A stretch of DNA of 64,000 bases, taken from contig NIVC01000704.1 in assembly GCA_002269645.1 (NCBI GenBank), positions 203,692-267,691 of the forward strand, read 5' to 3'. The notes beneath the pieces were generated by a model. The model had not been told where the DNA came from and made no database searches. It saw only the letters and a program-made list of their open reading frames with translations. Positions 57,146-64,000 of the stretch are shown piece after piece (within the stretch, counting starts at the first letter, position 1; every line of letters begins with the position of its first letter). A program made the translations under genes and the position numbers. The stretch is from Macrostomum lignano. Taxonomy: Eukaryota.

Positions 57146-57849
57146 TCCTATTTAGTTAGGCTTCTAAATGGGATTTGCTAGAGGTGGAATGTAGGTAAGG
57201 GAGGGCAATCCATCCTATTGGGGCAGAGGAAGTTCGTAGTTAGGGAAACTACCGCAAGTTGAGACGGCACATGCATGGCTTGAAAACAGAAATGTATATA
57301 CGCATCATGATATGCATGCAAACTCGAGTACCAATATAATGAATTGAACCATAAATATAATATAACTAATTAAAAACACACAACCCCGCCGCCAGGAGCT
57401 TGAACCAGCTCCGAATGTGTGGCAGGAGAATGTAAACTTGAATATAGCGGCTGAATATTGGGGGGGGGGGGGCGGATCTGTACTGAACTATTGTAATCGG
57501 CGGTGCAAACATATATATACTGTATAACCATTTCATAATTACTACTATTAGTAGATCCGAATTCGCTGACAAAACTCTATTGAAAGCTGCTTGCCAAGTC
57601 CAAGCAAACAGTTCTGAATTAGAAGGACGCGGAACCGCCTCCATATTTAAAAAAAACATAATTGTACATAAAAATCGGCCTTCAAAAAGGCATTTAAACA
57701 ATTTCAACAGTGCCTAGTGATCAGTCATTCCAATTAAGAAATCGTAGGCCGAGTACAGGTAGGATTCAAAGGTTATTGTCATTAAAAATGGAAAGCAGGA
57801 GTACACAGAGAGACACAGTGATTCGATGAGCCAAGTTCGGCCAGCCAGT

Positions 57850-59103
57850 TCAGGTCATGGCACCGAACACCGGGTTGTGCCGGCAGATGCTGGCTCCGTA
57901 TTCCATATACTGCTCCTTGGTGTGGGACACCGAGTAGAACTCGTTGGTGGAGGCCACCAGGGAGCCGCCGAACCAGACAGCGTAGCGCTGCTTGGCGTGG
58001 GAGAAAACGTTCACCTCGATTGGGGTCGGCTTCTGGCCGCTGAACACCTCCACAGCCTTCAGGCGGCTGTCCGATGCTCGCTTGATGTCGCGCTGCAGCC
58101 GTTTGCCGAGGTCTTTGAACATGCTGGAGCCGCCGCTCAGCACGATGTTCTTGTACAGGCCGCGCCGGTTGTCGATGGGGCAGGCCTGGATCACGTTGTC
58201 CACGGCTTCGGACAGCGGAGTCTGGAAGTCCGGGTTGGCAAACTCCGGGTGGAAGAAGATCTCGGGGGCCAAGAATCTCTCGTAGCCGACATCCACAGTG
58301 AACGGGGCATTGTTGATGGGGTTGATGCTCGTGTACGTCTTAATCCACTTGGAGCTCTCCGCGTCGTACTTGTTGAACTCCTTCGCGATGTCCGGGCACA
58401 CGTAGCAGTAGCGCTCCTTGATGGCCTTGGCGGTGTCCATGCTCATGTCCGGCGGGATGCCCACCTCGCGTTCGCGCAGCAGCTGCTGAATGAAGAAGGT
58501 GATGTCGCGGCCAGCGATGGGGATATGCTGGATGCAGCTGCCGATGACGTAGCCGTCGGCCACCGGGATGACGTGGGTAACGCCGTCGCCGGAGTCGATG
58601 ACAACCCCGGTGAGGGTTCGCTCGCCCTCCGGCCTGGTGGTCCAGCTGGCGGCCAGGGCCAGCACCGCCTGCACAGCGATGTACAGTCCAGGGACGTTGA
58701 ACGTCTCGAACATTATCTCCGCGGTGTACTCCCGGTTCTCCGGGGTGTTCAATGGTGGCTCAGTCAGCAGGAAGTAGTGATCTTCCGGCTCGGCGCGCAG
58801 GTACTTGAAGATAGCCTGCTCGTAGAAGCGCTCCATCAGGTCCCAGTCGTCCACCTGGCCGTGCCGGATCGGCCACTTGGTGGCGTAGCTGCTGGCCACC
58901 GTCAGCGCCTCGTCGCCGATGTAGAAATTCAAATCATCCAGGCCGGTGCCGAGGCGCCTGGACTCCTTGGTGCCAACTTTGGCAGCCTCCTTGATGCCGA
59001 TGCAGCTGGGCATAATGAACTGAGGCTCGCTGTTGCCAGCGTAGCCCATCTTGGAGTAGCCGGTGCCGTTGTCAATGACAACCGCTGGAAGCCTGCCTGC
59101 CAT
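57850..59103 (-). CDS. ACTR3: Actin-related protein 3 (Arp2/3 complex), 417 aa, no intron in the CDS
   Basis: [82 protein letters not shown]. Confidence 0.97.
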   Translation of the reverse strand: MAGRLPAVVIDNGTGYSKMGYAGNSEPQFIMPSCIGIKEAAKVGTKESRRLGTGLDDLNFYIGDEALTVASSYATKWPIRHGQVDDWDLMERFYEQAIFKYLRAEPEDHYFLLTEPPLNTPENREYTAEIMFETFNVPGLYIAVQAVLALAASWTTRPEGERTLTGVVIDSGDGVTHVIPVADGYVIGSCIQHIPIAGRDITFFIQQLLREREVGIPPDMSMDTAKAIKERYCYVCPDIAKEFNKYDAESSKWIKTYTSINPINNAPFTVDVGYERFLAPEIFFHPEFANPDFQTPLSEAVDNVIQACPIDNRRGLYKNIVLSGGSSMFKDLGKRLQRDIKRASDSRLKAVEVFSGQKPTPIEVNVFSHAKQRYAVWFGGSLVASTNEFYSVSHTKEQYMEYGASICRHNPVFGAMT

Positions 59104-59349
59104 GGCTGCTGGAGCAGCGGGGGGAGATGTTTGTTTTCATGCTTTTGTATCACTTTTATAGCTTTGCACAGACCGCTTTGAGTTGTGGGAATGTCCTCTA
59201 GGGAATCTTTGAGACCCAGGTCACAAAACTACTAAACATGAGATCCTCATCCCGGTAGTACCGAGCCCCATGATTCTGGCCTTAAGGAAGCTTTTTATCC
59301 CAATCCTGTTTCTGAATTCTCCTGATCCCATTCCTGATTCCATTCCTGA

Positions 59350-59960
59350 TCCCCAAATATTCTGATCCCAATCCCGGTCCCCAAGTATCCTGATTCCAAT
59401 CCCGATCCTCAAATATCCTGATGATAATCCCGGTCCCCAAGTATCCTGATCCCAATCCCGGTCCCCAAGTATCCTGATCCCAATCCCGGTCCCCAAGTAT
59501 CCTGATCCCAATCCCGGTCCCCAAGTATCCTGATCCCAATCCCGGTCCCCAAGTATCCTGATCCCAATTTTGATCCTCAAATATCCTTATCCCAATCCCG
59601 GTCCCCAAGTATCCTGATCCCAATCCCGGTCCCCAAGTATCCTGATCCCAATCCCGGTCCCCAAGTATCCTGATCCCAATCCCGGTCCCCAAGTATCCTG
59701 ATCCCAATTTTGATCCTCAAATATCCTTATCCCAATCCCGGTCCCCAAGTATCCTGATCCCAATCCCGATCCTCAAATATCCTGATCCCCAATCCCGATT
59801 CCTAAATAAACTTATCCCCAAATATCCTGATCCCAATCCTGATTCTTAAATATACTGATCCCCAAATATCCTGATCCCCGAATTTCCTGATCCCAATCCC
59901 GATTCCTAAATATACTGATCGCAATCACGATTTTCAAATATATTGAACCCGATTCCTAAA
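59350..59960. repeat. 28-bp minisatellite (cccggtccccaagtatcctgatcccaat), homogeneous core with degenerate flanks
   Basis: Direct reading. Lies about 250 bp upstream of the Arp3 ATG. Confidence 0.93.
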
Positions 59961-60383
59961 TTCCCAATTCCGATTCGTGTGGCAAAGCTCTGCACCAGTT
60001 GGCAATATACAAGACGCCGAATTCGCACAGCTCAGTGATAATAACGATAACTGCCTAGCAACAGAGCGCGTTCTTTCAGTCTTCTTTACTTGTACTTTAA
60101 ATGTAAAAAATCGCAATCAATACAATACAACACCGAAGGTGAGAACTAAATTTAAAGCAATTATGTCACGTAGAAAAATATGAAAAAAAACTTGTCCAAA
60201 ACGGCAGGGTACACAAGCGGCAGGGTAGGCAAGGGAAGAAGGGGTCGGGGTCGCGACAGAAGAAAGACCGGCAGCGCTGAACGAAACAAAGGAGAGTAAA
60301 ACGGTAAAACAAAAAATAAAGAGAGGAAAAAACCTTCTACTTAATCAAAGATGCGCGCGCGCGCGCCTCTCACGACTGCAGCT

Positions 60384-60905
<522 letters not shown>

Positions 60906-60929
60906 TCAAATTCCTTTCAGCGACCACTC

Positions 60930-61460
60930 AAATACTGGTAGAGAACTCGACTGGCTGTGCGGACAGACCTAAGCCCAGGGCACAGGACTGATATTGGTCT
61001 TCTGCAACTGGATAAGTTTGTAAGAGCGCTCCAAAGTGCCTTTTTCATACACGATAACGCATCAACTTTATTAGTCGTAGGTGATGAGCAATGTGGACAA
61101 TAAATGTGGGGTTTCTGTGGGGTTGCACTGGGGGGTGTTTGGTGTGAAACGTACTCGCAAGAGACAGACTGATGGAGATTTACAGGGCTCAAAAAATCAA
61201 TGACACTGGGTATCACGCAGCGAGGCAATGCAGTACAGCAGGTCGAATGAAACACCTCAATAGGTGAGTTTCAGGGCACTGAAAATCTATCTTATATATA
61301 ACATACAAATTGGATAAGTCACATAGTCTTTCATAGTACGGACCGCAATACAGGTAAGCCGAGCCGAGCAAGTCCTGAAATAGTGAATGGTGATGATCGA
61401 GACAGACTGAATACACACAGGACAGGTCATTAGAGAGGCCGCCAAAAGTACACTATAATC
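60930..61460 (-). pseudogene. Possible decayed RING/B-box (TRIM-like) fragment
   Basis: LMTCPVC...HYFRTC...VTYPIC keeps part of the RING ligand spacing. It is followed in another frame by CPETHLLRCF...LHC. Stops and frameshifts present. Confidence 0.25.
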
Positions 61461-62043
61461 ATATTTATCATCCCATGCCAGCTGCCAAACGGGAATTGCC
61501 GTAGAACGATGATCAAATGAAAAAAGCAAACAAAAACAAAAAAGCAGTCAATTCAAGCTCGGAGAAACCGCTGGCCAAACAGCAGTTCAGATAGCCAATT
61601 TCAGCAATCAAGTTTTACAAGAAAACACAGGTACAACAAGGAGCAATTCTAGATGGAAATACGATATTAACAACGAAAGTTTGGTGCGGACAGGCGCCGT
61701 GCTGACTTTAAAAAACAGATCTCGGGGGATTGCAGTCGGTGCTAAAACTCGGCGCTCATTTTACTGAGAAGGAGTGGCCGGGACTGCTTATGAACAGGTG
61801 AGGTCAGGTCATGCACAGGCTCTGTGGCTATTCTATTCATGCGCTAATGCATTGACGCAGAATCTGCGGTACATGTGTGTACAGTGCTCAACACTCAAGA
61901 GAAAAGAAACACAACGCAACGCTTGTTATAGTGCGTTGAGATGTCGGGGCAGGGGGGGGGCATTGCGGGTGCATGCGGGAAATGCGAGACACAGCGGGCT
62001 AGCAGGTGCTGCACATTTCTGACTGACTGGCGGGCCGCGGAAG

Positions 62044-64000
62044 CTACGAGGCGATCCAGAAAACGCCGGCCAGCAGGGCCAGCAGCACCGGCAGGACCCG
62101 GCGGCGAGCAGCAGGCGGCTGCGGTTGGCGGCGGCCCGGGCCTCGGCGCGGCAGTCGGCCAGCTGGCGGTCGCAGGCGGCCCGGAGGTCGCGACGCCGCT
62201 GCTCTAGGTTGGCGCGCTCGTCACGGCCGGCGAGGGCAGTCAGCTCGGCGTCGGTAATCCGCGCCGCTAAGCTGTCGCAGTCGGCCAGAAGCTGGCGCCG
62301 CCTGTCGGCCTCGAAGTCCAGGCTGGCTCGAAGGTGCGCAGTTTCGGCGTCGACTTCCTGCAAAGCGGCCTGTAGCGTCGGCGACGACTTCAGCAGCGGC
62401 TGCAGCAGCTGGCGCTCTGCTTTCTCTACGGCGATCGGATCGGCTCGAAGGCAGCGAAGGAGGTCGAGCAGCCAGGCAGCGTTCTGCTGGCCATTCGAGC
62501 CGGGCGATGGCGGCCGAGGCAGCTGCTGGCGCGGCCGCTGCTGGCGGAGCTGCTTCTGGGCCTCCAGCTCGAGCATTCGAGTCTCCAGCTGGTTGAGGCA
62601 GGACAGAGCCGACTCCAGCCGGGTGTGGAGGTCGTCGACTTTGGCCGAGGAGGCGTCCAGAGACGCCTGTTGGTCGCGCAGCTGAGTCTTGCACGCCTGA
62701 GGGTTAAATGCATTTGCGGTGTTACACTAGCTGCTCCCATTCTGATAATCACTGCATCATTAAGAAAGGTGATATTGAGTAAATAGGTCCTGAGAACTTG
62801 TACATACTACACTGCACTAAAACTGTTCAATATCTATGCCATGGGTCAAAACATGGAATTAACATTCACAGTTTCATTCAGAGACGAGGGCTTGTGCGAT
62901 TTACGCTCAAAATGAGGACCAACCCGCTCACTTCTAAGCACATACAAGCTTAGGATGAGGATCAACACTGTACGAAGACCCGCACTTACATACACGCTCA
63001 CAGACGGTGGGTGTACAGTGGCCCTGACTTTCAGTCATGTTTTAATGAGAGTCAGTCACGCACAGTGTGCCTTGGCGTTGGCCTTAATGAGTGTGACTGA
63101 GAGTCAGTCACGCACAGTGTGCCTTGGCGTTGGCCTTAATGAGTGTGACTGAGAGTCAGTCACGCACAGTGTGCCTTGGCGTTGGCCTTAATGAGTGTGA
63201 CTGAGAGTCAGTCACGCACAGTGTGCCTTGGCGTTGGCCTTAATGAGTGTGACTGAGAGTCAGTCACGCACAGTGTGCCTTGGCGTTGGCCTTAATGAGT
63301 GTGACTGAGAGTCAGTCATGCACAGTGTGCCTTGGCGTTGGCCTTAATGAGTGTGACTGAGAGTCAGTCACGCACAGTGTGCCTTGGCGTTGGCCTTAAT
63401 GAGTGTGACTGAGAGTCAGTCATGCACAGTGTGCCTTGGCGTTGGCCTTAATGAGTGTGACTGAGAGTCAGTCACGCACAGTGTGCCTTGGCGTTGGCCT
63501 TAATGAGTGTGACTGAGAGTCAGTCACGCACAGTGTGCCTTGGCGTTGGCCTTAATGAGTGTGACTGAGAGTCAGTCATGCACAGTGTGCCTTGGCGTTG
63601 GCTTTAATGAGTGTGACTTTTGGCAGACCGCCAAATCTGCATGAAACATGAATTATTAACAATAATCTGAGTTTAAGACCGACCTGCAGTTGCGCCTTCA
63701 ACAAGTCCGCCTGCGGCCCTGTTTGCGGCGCCGGGGCACCCGAGTCTGCCACAGTTTGCGCTTCGGCGTCCGCTCGTTCGACGGCTCCACTCCGCCCAGA
63801 CTGTGGCTCTCGCTGACCGTCGTTCAGAGCCTCGCCCAGTTCTTTAATTCGTGACTTAAGAGAGGAATTGCGCTCCATCTCTTTGGCCAGCTGGGAGCTC
63901 AGCTCATCTAACTCCTGCGCCAGCCGCTCGCCGAGCTCGCGCAGCCGGTCCTCGGTGCGGTCGCGCTCCTCCCGCAGGTGCTGGCACTCGTCTTGGCTGT
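62044..64000 (-). CDS. C-terminal part of a long coiled-coil protein, probably tail-anchored. Exons >64000-63684 and 62696-~62044, with an apparent frameshift near 62130.
   Basis: Heptad-rich sequence (QHLREERDRTEDRLRELGERLAQELDEL...). Donor cag|gtcggt at 63683 and acceptor ccctcag| at 62697, phase 0. A shifted frame ends RRRVLPVLLALLAGVFWIAS* at 62044. Confidence 0.7.
63047..63617. repeat. 52-bp minisatellite (gagagtcagtcacgcacagtgtgccttggcgttggccttaatgagtgtgact) x~11 in the coiled-coil gene intron
   Basis: Direct reading; the period was checked at 63047 and 63099. Confidence 0.97.

Noticed and set aside
57826-59181. 451-aa plus-strand ORF and other antisense ORFs over GC-rich exons (e.g. 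35726, 54278, 62125)
   Set aside because: Shadow ORFs from the codon bias of the real genes on the opposite strand.

Overview
Eukaryotic, intron-containing, repeat-rich animal DNA. GC-rich exons, AT-rich spacers and very abundant minisatellites are consistent with a free-living flatworm such as Macrostomum; this is inference only. I assembled spliced gene models by hand from GT-AG sites and reading-frame phase. Minus strand: an unidentified gene leaving the left edge, farnesyl diphosphate synthase (FDPS, 3 exons), a basigin/CD147-family Ig protein (6 exons), an SLC16/MCT-family transporter (4 exons), RNA polymerase I subunit RPA49/POLR1E (4 exons), intronless Arp3, and a coiled-coil, probably tail-anchored protein entering from the right edge. 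Plus strand: an ankyrin-repeat protein and an LZTS/Fez1-family protein (4 exons). Mobile DNA: a Ty3/Gypsy remnant (LTR, tRNA-Leu PBS, zinc knuckle, protease), a frameshifted DIRS/Ngaro-type retroelement inside the last MCT intron, a head-to-tail stack of RTE-like LINE fragments, three hAT-type MITEs with 8-bp TSDs, two tRNA-derived SINE-like elements, and weaker relics. Most long ORFs in the supplied track are artefacts of tandem repeats. The most interesting observations are: (1) an MCT transporter gene directly upstream of a basigin-family gene, the family that supplies MCT ancillary subunits; (2) many introns each filled by their own private minisatellite that spares the splice-signal ends; (3) an FDPS chain-length motif suggesting possible FPP/GGPP bifunctionality; (4) strongly CpG-depleted domains next to coding starts.
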